Shown here: one piece after another, positions 38,337 to 47,666 of the stretch | Numbering within the stretch: position 1 is the stretch's first letter | Layout: the number at the start of each line of letters is the position of its first letter | Assembly (NCBI GenBank): GCA_963770835.1 | Contig: CAVYRH010000019.1 | Location: forward strand, 320,001 to 384,000 | DNA length: 64,000 bases | Source: an uncultured Pseudomonadota bacterium | GTDB taxonomy: Bacteria > Oederibacteriota > Muellerivitia > Muellerivitales > Muellerivitaceae | Direction: 5' to 3' | Made by a program: the position numbers and the translations under genes | The notes under the pieces: generated by a model | Told to the model about the DNA's origin: nothing | Database searches by the model: none | What the model saw: only the letters and a program-made list of their open reading frames with translations

Positions 38337-40727
38337 CTATTTCTTGAATTTTATCACCGTCGCACCGGCCCCGCCCTGGGCCTGCTCGGCCAGCGCGAAT
38401 TCCACGCCCGGATGGCTGGCGGGCAGGTGTTTATGAATGGCTTCTTTCAATGCTCCCGTGCCTTTCCCGTGAATAATACGCACAAAAGGCAGGTTGACCA
38501 GGAGGGCATCATCTAGGAATTTGTCCAACATCTGCAAGGCCTGGTCCACCATTTTGCCCCTTAAATCCAGCTCCAGCTTCCCCATTTCATCCAAAGACTT
38601 GGCGCTTAAAACACCGGTGGTTTGCGGCCGGGCAACCGGCTTGGGGGCCGCCGTCACCCGCCCCAAATCGGAATATTTGCAGGAAAGTTTCATCCCGTTT
38701 TCCATGAGGATCACCGCTTCGCCCTTTTCCTCGTCAGCGGAAAGGATTTTTACGTCGCATTGGCCGGTCTTGAAGAAAACCGAATCTCCCTCCTTTAAGT
38801 CTTGGACCTCGACGATAACCCGGGCCGGGGCCGGCTTGATGTTCCGGAGTTTTTGGTTCACTTCCTGCCGGGCGGCGTTGATTTTTTGGGGATTGATGAC
38901 TTTACCGCTCGGCGTCTCGACCCCCTGGATCAGGTGTTCCATCTTGCGGCGGGTGTTTTTCAGAAGGCCTTCGGCCTCGACCTGGGCTTCTTTTTTAATG
39001 CGGCGGGCTTCATCCTTCATCTGGCGCCGGGCGGCCAAAAGTTCCTGCTCCAGCTTTTTCGTGTTTTCGCGGATTTTTTCCGCTTCCTGCCGGGCCGTTT
39101 CCGCCGCCTGCTTCTCCTGGCCCAACTTAGCGAGCATTTCGGACAAGTCGGCCTCGCCCTGGGGCAGGTGCGCCTTCGCTTTTTCCAATATCTCCTCGCT
39201 GAACCCGAACTGCCGGGCCAGGGTCAGGGCATAGGACTGGCCCGGAATGCCCGAAACCATCTGGAAGGTGGGCTTACCTGTTTTTTCGTCGAACAGCATA
39301 GCCGCGTTGGCCATCCCCTTTTCCTCCTGCGTCAGGAGTTTTAAAAGCGGCTGATGGGTGTTCGCCAAAACCAGCGCTCCCTTTTCCCGGAAGGTTTCCA
39401 GGCAGGCGATGCCCAGGGCCCCGCCTTCGCGGGGGTCTGTGCCCGCACCCAGTTCGTCCAAAAGGAAAAGGGTTTCGGGGCCGCAATGGTCCATCATGCG
39501 CTTCAAGGCCTTTAGTTTGGCCGCGTAGGTGCTCAAGTGGTCGGCGAGGCTTTGGCCGTCCTCCAAGTCGGAGTCGAAATGGGAAAGCCGGGGAACGATG
39601 CTTTCTCCCCGCGCCAAAACCGGAAGACCGGCCTGGGCCATGGCGCAAGAGAGCCCCAGGGTCTTCAGGGCCACGGTTTTTCCGCCCGCGTTGGGCCCGG
39701 ACACCAGGATGACCTTGACCCCTTCCTTGAATTCGACGTCCAGGGGAATCACCTTTTCGCGAAAATGATCCCGGTTTTCCAGGGCCAGGAGGGGATGCCG
39801 GGCGCCCTTCAGGGACAGCGCGGGGCCCTCTTGGGGTTGAAGAAATTGGCCGTCGTAACGGGAAGCGAAAACCGCCAGTACCCCATGGGCGTCCACCTCG
39901 GCGCAAGCGATGAAGAGGGCCTCGAGCGAATCACCCGAGGCCAAGATGGTTTGCGTGGTTTCCCGGAGAATCCTCCGGATTTCCTCGTCTTCCCGTAGGA
40001 GAGCTTCCTTGACCCGGTTGTTGCTCTCGACGATCTCGTTGGGCTCCACAAAAAGGGTCGATCCCGAAGACGACATCCCGTGGACAAAACCCGGAACCTG
40101 GCTTTGGCGGTCCCGCTTGACGGGAACCACAAGCCGCCCTTCCCTTTCCGTCACGATTTTTTCCTGGAGCGCTTCGGTCGAGGCCTCTTTTTGAAGGAAG
40201 GACTGGTAAAAATCCTGGACCTCGGTCCGAAGGGCCTTGATTTGTTCCCGGGCGCTTTTGAGTTCGGGAGAAGCCGAATCCAACAACTCGCCTTTATCGG
40301 AAACGATGGATTTCAGCGTTTCCAGTAGTTCCGGAAGGGCGTGAAGGCGCCCCAACCATTCCTGGAAAACCACCGGGATTTCCCCTTCGGGCGTCAGGTA
40401 TTGGCGCAAACGGACGACGGCCGAAAGGAATTGGGCCAAGGAAGCCAGCTCCCCGGCCGAAAAGGCTTCCCCTTTGGAGCGGGCCGACTCGAAGGCGTCA
40501 ATGAAGAACTGGGAATCGGGAATCACAGGGTCCCCGACTTTTAAAAGGTGTTTTTCCAGTTCACGGGTCTTGGAAAGCCGGTTTTCGATGAGGGCGGGGT
40601 CTACCAGGGGTTCAAGGGCTTTCAGGTAATCCCGCCCGGCGGGAGTCTGGCAATGGCTGGCCAGCTCCGCCAAGAGTTTTGGATACTCGACAGCCCGGAG
40701 GAAATTTTCAATGATTTCGTTGTTCAA
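38337..40727 (-). CDS. mutS2: Endonuclease MutS2
   Basis: GPNAGGKT, LSTY, LLDELGAGTDP, coiled coil, C-terminal Smr domain (LDLRG..IIHGKGTG). Confidence 0.95.
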   Translation of the reverse strand: MNNEIIENFLRAVEYPKLLAELASHCQTPAGRDYLKALEPLVDPALIENRLSKTRELEKHLLKVGDPVIPDSQFFIDAFESARSKGEAFSAGELASLAQFLSAVVRLRQYLTPEGEIPVVFQEWLGRLHALPELLETLKSIVSDKGELLDSASPELKSAREQIKALRTEVQDFYQSFLQKEASTEALQEKIVTEREGRLVVPVKRDRQSQVPGFVHGMSSSGSTLFVEPNEIVESNNRVKEALLREDEEIRRILRETTQTILASGDSLEALFIACAEVDAHGVLAVFASRYDGQFLQPQEGPALSLKGARHPLLALENRDHFREKVIPLDVEFKEGVKVILVSGPNAGGKTVALKTLGLSCAMAQAGLPVLARGESIVPRLSHFDSDLEDGQSLADHLSTYAAKLKALKRMMDHCGPETLFLLDELGAGTDPREGGALGIACLETFREKGALVLANTHQPLLKLLTQEEKGMANAAMLFDEKTGKPTFQMVSGIPGQSYALTLARQFGFSEEILEKAKAHLPQGEADLSEMLAKLGQEKQAAETARQEAEKIRENTKKLEQELLAARRQMKDEARRIKKEAQVEAEGLLKNTRRKMEHLIQGVETPSGKVINPQKINAARQEVNQKLRNIKPAPARVIVEVQDLKEGDSVFFKTGQCDVKILSADEEKGEAVILMENGMKLSCKYSDLGRVTAAPKPVARPQTTGVLSAKSLDEMGKLELDLRGKMVDQALQMLDKFLDDALLVNLPFVRIIHGKGTGALKEAIHKHLPASHPGVEFALAEQAQGGAGATVIKFKK

Positions 40728-41355
40728 GTAAAACCCCTTTAAGTTTTTTTTTCATTCCCGGCGAGGGCCGGTCCGCGCCGGGTTTCACCGAAAGATAAGG
40801 ATTCCCCTTGAGGTAAAACCTCAGCGGCAGCTCCGAACCTTCCGTGATGCCGATACGCGTGGTGACTCCAACCGGTTCTTTTCGTTTTGCAGTTTCCAGA
40901 TAAACCGGCTTTTTCCAAAGCGGAATACAGTTATGTTGTTGGATAATCCCCAGGGCCTGCACCAACTTACCGGGGCCGTTGGTGAGCCTCAGGTCTCCCG
41001 CCTTGAAGGGGCCCCGGCGTTCAGCCATGAGCCCGGAGCCTTCCACCGGTTCCAGGGCCCGTATCAAAACCGCGCCCGGAGTTCCGTCTTTCTCGGTGAC
41101 GACGTTGAACAGGTAATGGTTGCCGTAGCAAAAATAAACGTAGGCATGGCCGGGGGGACCGAATATCACCTGGTTGCGGGGGGTCATTCCCCGGGCGGCG
41201 TGGCAGCCCGGGTCGTTTTTGGGAAGATAAGCCTCAACTTCAACGATGCGGCCGGAGGCGGCGCCTTGGGGAGTTTGGTGGACCAGGATTTGGCCTAAAA
41301 GGTCCCTGGCGACTTGGCGGGTAGGACGGGAATAAAAAGATTGTTGAAGGATCAT
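40708..41355 (-). CDS. mpg: DNA-3-methyladenine glycosylase (MPG)
   Basis: GRIVEVEAY, AYVYFCYG, AVLIRALEP, NGPGKL, TRIGI. Confidence 0.93.
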   Translation of the reverse strand: MILQQSFYSRPTRQVARDLLGQILVHQTPQGAASGRIVEVEAYLPKNDPGCHAARGMTPRNQVIFGPPGHAYVYFCYGNHYLFNVVTEKDGTPGAVLIRALEPVEGSGLMAERRGPFKAGDLRLTNGPGKLVQALGIIQQHNCIPLWKKPVYLETAKRKEPVGVTTRIGITEGSELPLRFYLKGNPYLSVKPGADRPSPGMKKKLKGVLLEQRNH

Positions 41356-41435
41356 CAATTCTCTCGATGGGACGGTCTTATCCAGAACCAACCCGGTGTT
41401 ATCTCCGCGGGAGTACCGCGAATTTCAGCTCTTCC

Positions 41436-41888
41436 TCAGCCCAGTTTGGCCTTCACCAGTCCACTGACCTTGCCCATGTCGGCCCGGCCTTTGATTTTCG
41501 GCGTCAAGGCACCCATCACCTTGCCCATATCCTTGGGGCCCGCCGCGCCGGTGGACTTGATGGCTTCCTCGATCAGGTTTGTCAGTTCCTCGTCGCCCAG
41601 GGAGGCGGGAAGGTATCCCTCGATCAGGGCCAGTTCGGCCTTTTCCTTGGCCGCCATTTCCGCCCGGTTTCCCTTTTCAAACCCATCGATGGATTCCTTG
41701 CGTTGTTTGGCCTGCTTGGAAAGCACTTCGACGACTTCCTCGTCCTTGATCTCGCGCTTCAAGTCTACTTCCTTGTATTTGATGGCGGACTTCAACATGC
41801 GGAGGGCGGACGTGGCGGCCTCATTCTTGGCTTTCATGGCCGAAATCATGTCGGCGTTGATCTTGTCGAAAAGGGGGGATGCGCTCAT
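41436..41888 (-). CDS. yqeY: GatB/YqeY domain protein
   Basis: AMKAK, LRMLKSAI, KQRKESI, YLP, KDMGKVMG..GRAD. Confidence 0.93.
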   Translation of the reverse strand: MSASPLFDKINADMISAMKAKNEAATSALRMLKSAIKYKEVDLKREIKDEEVVEVLSKQAKQRKESIDGFEKGNRAEMAAKEKAELALIEGYLPASLGDEELTNLIEEAIKSTGAAGPKDMGKVMGALTPKIKGRADMGKVSGLVKAKLG

Positions 41889-41932
41889 GGTTCCTCCGGG
41901 GTTCGAAGTAAGGCGGAAAGGGGACGGAAAAC

Positions 41933-41965
41933 AAAAGAAGCCCGCGCTTAAAGGCCGCGGGCTCC
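41933..41965 (-). terminator. Terminator/attenuator after rpsU
   Basis: AGCCCGCG...CGCGGGCT stem followed on the minus strand by a U-rich tract. Confidence 0.55.
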
Positions 41966-41978
41966 CAGTGGTTTAAAA

Positions 41979-42188
41979 CTATTCTCGGCTGAACTTCATT
42001 TGGCGGCGGCGCGCCTTTTTGCGGGCGGCGGCCTCGCGCTTTTTACGGCGCTCGCTGGGCTTCTCGTAAAATTCGCGTTTCTTCATTTCCGAGATCAGCC
42101 CCGAGTTCTGGACAACCTTCTTGAAACGCTTGAGGGCGTTTTCAATCGGTTCATTTTCTTCCAATCGGACTTCGACCACTGTGGTCAC
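41979..42188 (-). CDS. rpsU: 30S ribosomal protein S21
   Basis: ENEPIENALKRFKK..REFYEKPS..RKKREAAARK. Confidence 0.96.
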   Translation of the reverse strand: MTTVVEVRLEENEPIENALKRFKKVVQNSGLISEMKKREFYEKPSERRKKREAAARKKARRRQMKFSRE

Positions 42189-42365
42189 TCTCCCCTCTAT
42201 GGGTGGAATGGAAACTCCCCGAGGCCCGAAGGCACCAGGGAGGAGGAGTTTAATGCTTGGAGCGGTCCGCCGTCAAGCAATGGGGAAACCATATTTAGAA
42301 GCTCTTAAAGGAGTAATCCCATGATTTAGGCGGTTTTGGATGGAAGATGTTGCGATGGAACCTTT

Positions 42366-42707
42366 TCAGCCCGGGGGCCAGGTCATGAACCGGCCGCCAA
42401 GGAGATGAAGGTGCAGATGGTAAACGGTTTGGCCGCCGTTGTCCCCGTTGTTAATGACGAGGCGGTAACCTTCCCGAAGGTTCAACTGTTTCGCCACCAG
42501 GATGGCCCGCTCAGTCAGGATAGAAACCAAGTGGTCGCCGGAAGGGATATCCTCGATAGTCTCGATGTGGGCTTTGGGGACGATCAGCACATGGGTGGGC
42601 GCGGCGGGGTGGATGTCGTAAAACGCAAGGACCTGGTCGTCCTCATAAACTTTATTGGAAGGAATCTCCCCGCGAGTGATCTTGCAGAAAACGCAGTGGT
42701 CGCCCAT
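42366..42707 (-). CDS. hinT: Histidine triad nucleotide-binding protein
   Basis: CVFCKI, PAAPTHVLIVPK, GGQTVYHLHLHLLGGR..WPPG. Confidence 0.95.
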   Translation of the reverse strand: MGDHCVFCKITRGEIPSNKVYEDDQVLAFYDIHPAAPTHVLIVPKAHIETIEDIPSGDHLVSILTERAILVAKQLNLREGYRLVINNGDNGGQTVYHLHLHLLGGRFMTWPPG

Positions 42708-42801
42708 GAGCCGCCCCCAATTCGCTTGTCAGGTTTTTCCGCCGCCCTTAATATACAACGCTGGCGCCGGATTTTCCGTTTTAAAATCCAGGATAGAAAA
42801 A

Positions 42802-43473
42802 ATGTTTGTCTTAAAAGTCTTGGGGTTCTTCGCGACCAGCTTGTTGGGAGCCTTCTTTTTCGCAGCGCCCAATGCCGGGGCTGAGGGCTTTTCCGTGGAG
42901 GTGATGACCGGCACTGCCTATAACTTCCCCACCCCCCTCACGGTCCATCAGGCCGGTTATCCGGACATCCAGCTGACCGCCCACTATGATACAGAGCCCT
43001 TCGGACCCTACACCCCCTATTACGTTTTTCGGCTGTCGCTTTGGGACCACGACCAGGCCTGGGAGTTCGAACAAGTTCACCACCGGCTTTTCCTGACCAA
43101 TCTCCCACCCGAGATCCAGGATTTTTCCATCCACTACGGCTACACTTATTTCCTCCTGGGCCATGCGTGGAAGATGGGGGATTACATCCTGCATCTGGAC
43201 GCGGGAGCCGTTGTCTCCAGCCCGGAAAACATCGTAAGGGGCCAGCCCTTCCAAACCTACAACAGGGGCCTCTTGGACTCGGGCTATTATCTTTCGGGCC
43301 TGGGGGCCCAAGTCGCGGTCAGTCGCAACTTCGAGGTCTGGAAATCCGTTTTTGTCCTGGCGGACGTAGGTTTGATCGGGGGCTGGGCTTGGTGGGTGCC
43401 CATTTCCAACGGTTCAGCGGATGTCCCCACCTTGGGGCTCCACTTCCACTTCGGGACGGGCATTGGCTTTTAA
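42802..43473 (+). CDS. Putative small outer-membrane beta-barrel protein
   Basis: Signal peptide, amphipathic strands, C-terminal HFGTGIGF. Confidence 0.65.
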   Translation: MFVLKVLGFFATSLLGAFFFAAPNAGAEGFSVEVMTGTAYNFPTPLTVHQAGYPDIQLTAHYDTEPFGPYTPYYVFRLSLWDHDQAWEFEQVHHRLFLTNLPPEIQDFSIHYGYTYFLLGHAWKMGDYILHLDAGAVVSSPENIVRGQPFQTYNRGLLDSGYYLSGLGAQVAVSRNFEVWKSVFVLADVGLIGGWAWWVPISNGSADVPTLGLHFHFGTGIGF

Positions 43474-44087
43474 TCTTTGAACAGGTAAACCGCCATGTCT
43501 TCGGCCAGGTAACCCGTCACGATTTTGTATTTTCCACCGGACCAGTGCCCCGCTTTGCGCTCCAGTTCCTCGGGAGTCGTGTAAAAAAGGTCGCTGTCCA
43601 GCCATCCGGTTTCACGGTTGAGCATGGTAAAGGCCATGCCTTTCCGGGCACAGGAGAAAGCCCGCGCCACCATGTTTTCGATCCAGGCCCAGTTGTCCTT
43701 GATCTTGTGGTTGAAAACACCGTTCACGAAAACATAGTCCCATTTTTCCGACGGCTGGGTTTGAAGGACATCGCGTTTTTCAAACCGGGCTTCGGGAAAC
43801 CGGGCGCGGGCGCCTTTCACCATGAAATCAAGGATATCGAACCCGGTATATTCCCCCCGCCATCCTTTCCCCTTGAGGTAACCGTAGAGGCAGCCCAAGC
43901 CACAGCCCAGGTCGAGGATGCTCTTGTCTTGAAGGTCACCAATTCCCGCTAAAGCCTGGAACCGCAGTTCCTGGTTCCGCCGGGACCTCCAGCCTGCCTT
44001 GTTTTCGGGGAGGTCGTAATTTCGCGAGCGCAGCCAGTAGAAGAGGTAGATATAAAGTTTATCGTAAAGGCTGGGGGAACCGGCCAA
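43470..44087 (-). CDS. Class I SAM-dependent methyltransferase
   Basis: ILDLGCGLG, YTGFDI, DYVFVNGVFN. Confidence 0.88.
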   Translation of the reverse strand: MAGSPSLYDKLYIYLFYWLRSRNYDLPENKAGWRSRRNQELRFQALAGIGDLQDKSILDLGCGLGCLYGYLKGKGWRGEYTGFDILDFMVKGARARFPEARFEKRDVLQTQPSEKWDYVFVNGVFNHKIKDNWAWIENMVARAFSCARKGMAFTMLNRETGWLDSDLFYTTPEELERKAGHWSGGKYKIVTGYLAEDMAVYLFKD

Positions 44088-44090
44088 GGG

Positions 44091-45404
44091 CTAAACCCAC
44101 TCGGCCAAGGCGGCATCTTGCCGGACGCCCGTGACTTCGACATGGGCTTCCTTGCCGAGCCAGCCTTCCCTCTGGGGGAAAACCACCCGTAAACCCTCGT
44201 CACTCAACCCGGCCTGTTGGCCGACGCTATGCCGTTCTACGATAACCCGGAATTTCAACCCCTGGGCCCTTTGGGCGGAGCGAACCAGGCATTCTTTTTT
44301 CAAATACCGCAACCGGTCCATGCGCTGCCGGATAATGAAGGGATGAACCTTGGGGATTATTTTTTCGCCCGGGGTATTGGGGCGGTCTGAGTAAGGGAAG
44401 GGATGGAAGTCCACAAAACCAAATTCACGGATCCTGTCGATCGTGTTTTCGAAAGCCTCATCCGTCTCACCCGGGAAGCCGGCGATGATATCGGAAGTCA
44501 GGCCGACCTGAGGCGCCGCTTTTCGGATCTTTTCAACCGTTTCGCGATAATGACCCAAGGTATAGGGCCGCCGCATGGCTTTCAATACTCCTTCGTCCCC
44601 GCTTTGAAGGGGCAGGTGCAGGTGCGCGCAAAGCCCCGACCCCGCCTGCCAAAGGGGTAAAAGCGCGTCCTCAAAATCCGCCACGGCGTAGGACGACAGG
44701 CGCACCCGCCGGATGCCGGGGACAACCAACAGCTTCTCGATCACCGGTGCCAGCCGGGGTTCGCCGGCTTTGAGTCCCCAATCCCTTCCATAGGAAGAAA
44801 GCTGGATCCCGGCCAAAACCAGTTCCTTGACCCCGTTTTGGGCGAGCCTTTTACCTTCCGCCACGATTTCCAACCCAGGCCGCGAAACCATTTCACCCCG
44901 TACCCGCGGGATGAGGCAAAAGGAACAGCCGAAGTTGCAGCCGTCTTGGACCTTGATCGTCGCCCTTTGGTGGCCGTCAAACCGGGAAATGCCGCCGCCC
45001 CAAGGGCCGGCGGATTCCAGCAAGTCCTCGGTGACGGGGCCCAAGGGTTCATATTGAGAAAAGATCTTTTTTAAAAGGAGGGATTTTTCGGTGTTGCCGA
45101 CCACCAAATTTACGCCCGGTAAACCCGCTACTTCCTCCGGTCGGTCCTGGGCCAGGCAGCCCGTCACCACGACAAAGGAATCGGGGTTCTTGGCCTTGGC
45201 CCGCCTCACCAGCATCTTGCCTTCGGCGTCCGCGGCGGAAGTCACGGTGCAGGTGTTGATCACGTAAATATCCGCTGGTTCCTCGAAAGGAACGGCTTGG
45301 AGGGAGGCCTTTTCCACCTGTTCCTTCATGGCCTGGGTGTCATATTGGTTGACCCGGCATCCCAACGTCGTGAAAGCGATGCGAGTCTTGGTTTCGGGCT
45401 TCAT
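44091..45404 (-). CDS. mtaB: tRNA t6A37 methylthiotransferase MtaB
   Basis: TLGCRVNQYD, NTCTVT, KVQDGCNFGCSFC, HLHLPLQSG, DIIAGFPGET, TRAM-like C-terminus. Confidence 0.93.
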   Translation of the reverse strand: MKPETKTRIAFTTLGCRVNQYDTQAMKEQVEKASLQAVPFEEPADIYVINTCTVTSAADAEGKMLVRRAKAKNPDSFVVVTGCLAQDRPEEVAGLPGVNLVVGNTEKSLLLKKIFSQYEPLGPVTEDLLESAGPWGGGISRFDGHQRATIKVQDGCNFGCSFCLIPRVRGEMVSRPGLEIVAEGKRLAQNGVKELVLAGIQLSSYGRDWGLKAGEPRLAPVIEKLLVVPGIRRVRLSSYAVADFEDALLPLWQAGSGLCAHLHLPLQSGDEGVLKAMRRPYTLGHYRETVEKIRKAAPQVGLTSDIIAGFPGETDEAFENTIDRIREFGFVDFHPFPYSDRPNTPGEKIIPKVHPFIIRQRMDRLRYLKKECLVRSAQRAQGLKFRVIVERHSVGQQAGLSDEGLRVVFPQREGWLGKEAHVEVTGVRQDAALAEWV

Positions 45405-45414
45405 TTAGGAAAAC

Positions 45415-46539
45415 TCAATTCAACCCATCCTTCGGGGAAGCGGTTTGTTTGCGCTGGAGATCCACCCCCACATCGAAAGGCACGTAGGCCTCGATGCGGA
45501 AGGAATTGGCCCAGGAGGAATCGATCCAATGGGAGCGCAGCTCGAAGTCGAAGGTGACACCGTTCTCGATTTCGACGAACCGGCGGAACCCCAGCTCCTC
45601 GTAAGTGCGGTTGGGCTCGTAATAAACCCCGTCCGTGCCCAGGGAATTATAGTTGGAATCCCCTTCCTCCGACATGTAGTCCCAGCCGAACCAGGAAATG
45701 CCGAAAAGTTGCCAACCATCAATGGGCGTAACGATGAGCTTGGAGTAAACGCCTTCGCCGTAGGTAGGCCCCGGATAATCGGGTCGGTTGGTGTCTTTGC
45801 TTCCCAGTCCCAACAGCTCCAGGGAACTGGAACCTAGAACTGGAAGGTGGGGTTTGAAGGCTAGCCCCAAACCCGCCACTAGGTTGTTGCGCACAATGCC
45901 GTCGTAGGCGGCCCCCCCCACGTGGTAGCCGTGGTATTGGCCTTCCACGATAAGGTCAGGAACCAGCGGCAACTGGCCCGAGCCCCCGTAGTCGAAGATT
46001 TCCCGGTCCGCCGCCGTTAACAACTGCTGCCAATTCAGGAATGTATCAAATTGGATGGGATCATCCTTTTCCACCCACTCCAGGCCGTATTCAATGGGGC
46101 GGTTTAGTTCCAGGGTGGTGACCTCCATAGGTTCGATCAACCCGTGCCGGTAAACCGGCTGAAGCGTGCCGAAGATAAACTGGGAACCGCCCGAGTGGTA
46201 CACGAAGGAAAGAACGGGCTGGATGCCGGTGGTCACGGCTTGGGCGGCCCGGTGGTCGGCGAAAACCCCCGCCCAAAGGTCCGCGTGTTCCCCGGCCGAG
46301 GCGTCCAGGTAGCTCTCGAATTGCTGCCCGAGGATGGTCTCCCGCACACGGAAGGGCTCGAAAAATTCGGTGTTATCCCCGTAAAAAGTGAATTGGTTTT
46401 TCCAAACGGTTTCGCCCTTCCCCACCGTGGGTGCCAGAGCCGTATGGCACATCCAATCCGGATCTTCTTGGGCCAAAACCGCAGTGCAAACCGCCCATAC
46501 CGCCAAAACCGGCCAAATGGTCCGAAATTTATTTTTCAC
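45415..46539 (-). CDS. Hypothetical secreted / outer-membrane beta-barrel protein, paralog A
   Basis: Signal peptide (..AVLA); shares many motifs with 46529-47596; start uncertain. Confidence 0.65.
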   Translation of the reverse strand: MKNKFRTIWPVLAVWAVCTAVLAQEDPDWMCHTALAPTVGKGETVWKNQFTFYGDNTEFFEPFRVRETILGQQFESYLDASAGEHADLWAGVFADHRAAQAVTTGIQPVLSFVYHSGGSQFIFGTLQPVYRHGLIEPMEVTTLELNRPIEYGLEWVEKDDPIQFDTFLNWQQLLTAADREIFDYGGSGQLPLVPDLIVEGQYHGYHVGGAAYDGIVRNNLVAGLGLAFKPHLPVLGSSSLELLGLGSKDTNRPDYPGPTYGEGVYSKLIVTPIDGWQLFGISWFGWDYMSEEGDSNYNSLGTDGVYYEPNRTYEELGFRRFVEIENGVTFDFELRSHWIDSSWANSFRIEAYVPFDVGVDLQRKQTASPKDGLN

Positions 46540-47596
46540 TGGAGACCTTTCTTTGAACCGGGACTTCAACACCAAAGGAAGCCCTCGCTAAAATCCTGCC
46601 GGAGTAATCCCATTGGCCGTCAACACAACTGGCCCGGATTTCCGCCTCCAGGTTCGTATTGTTGTCGCCCGCCATGACCTTTCGTAGGCCGATTTCCCCA
46701 TAAGTCCGGTTGGACTGGTAAAAGTTAGGGTCGAGTCCCTGGGAATTATAATTGCCGTCCCCTTCCCAGGAATAAAAGTCCTGAGCGAACCAGAGGATTC
46801 CATACAACTGGGCGATATTCCAGGGGGTGACCGAACCCTTGAGGTAAAGCCCCTCCCCCCATTGGGACTGCGTGACCTGGAGGAAAGGACCCTGCAAATT
46901 GCCGCTCATGACCCCGAAGGCCGAAAGCGCGCTGTCCCCCAGGAAATCAAGCAGGGCATGAAACCGGATCCCCAGGGCCGGGACGTAGTTATTAACCACC
47001 CCAACGTAGAAAAGCTTTCCACCCTGGTGGTATCCGTGGTACTGCAATTCCGCATCCACCGATTCTCCGAGGGAAACCCGGGAAACACCCCCGTAGTCGA
47101 AAATTTCCGGGTTGCCCGGCGTATTGATCTGCTGCCAGTTGAGGAATAAGTCCGAAGTGAACCAGCCGTCCGCCTCTTCCCATTGCAGGCCGTATTCGAT
47201 AGGCCGGGTGATTTCCAGCGTTTCCACCTCCAGGGGTTCTAGGAACCCATGACGGTCTCGGGTTTCCAAAGTGCCGAAAATCATTCGGGTGGTGGGGGTG
47301 AAATATTTGAAGGAGAGGACCGGCAGGACGTTCACCACCATACCGTTCACTGCGCTGGGGTGGTCGAAAAAGACCCCCGCCTCCAGGCTCGTGCGGCCGC
47401 CAGTGGGGGCTTCGAAGGCGCTTTGAAACTGCTGGCCGAAAAGAGTTTGCTCCGAACGGTAAGAACCGTCAAATCCCTCTTCATCGCCGTAGAAGGTGAG
47501 TTGGGTTTGAAGGACCACTGGTTCAGCCCAGGCCAGGGCTCCCGCAAGCAACCCTGCGGCTGTCAAAAGGATTAATTTAACGAAACAAGAACGCAT
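46529..47596 (-). CDS. Hypothetical secreted / outer-membrane beta-barrel protein, paralog B
   Basis: Signal peptide (..ALAWA); RPIEYGL, FLNWQQ, EIFDYGG, QYHGYH, EGDxNYNS motifs shared with paralog A. Confidence 0.65.
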   Translation of the reverse strand: MRSCFVKLILLTAAGLLAGALAWAEPVVLQTQLTFYGDEEGFDGSYRSEQTLFGQQFQSAFEAPTGGRTSLEAGVFFDHPSAVNGMVVNVLPVLSFKYFTPTTRMIFGTLETRDRHGFLEPLEVETLEITRPIEYGLQWEEADGWFTSDLFLNWQQINTPGNPEIFDYGGVSRVSLGESVDAELQYHGYHQGGKLFYVGVVNNYVPALGIRFHALLDFLGDSALSAFGVMSGNLQGPFLQVTQSQWGEGLYLKGSVTPWNIAQLYGILWFAQDFYSWEGDGNYNSQGLDPNFYQSNRTYGEIGLRKVMAGDNNTNLEAEIRASCVDGQWDYSGRILARASFGVEVPVQRKVSSEK

Positions 47597-47610
47597 GGCC
47601 GGCCTGGATC

Positions 47611-47641
47611 AAAAATAAAAACGGGCCCGAAGGGGCCCGTT
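47611..47641 (-). terminator. Intrinsic terminator
   Basis: AACGGGCCC-GAAG-GGGCCCGTT stem with a U-tract on the minus strand. Confidence 0.75.
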
Positions 47642-47666
47642 GGGTAAGTTCAAGCAATGAGGTGTT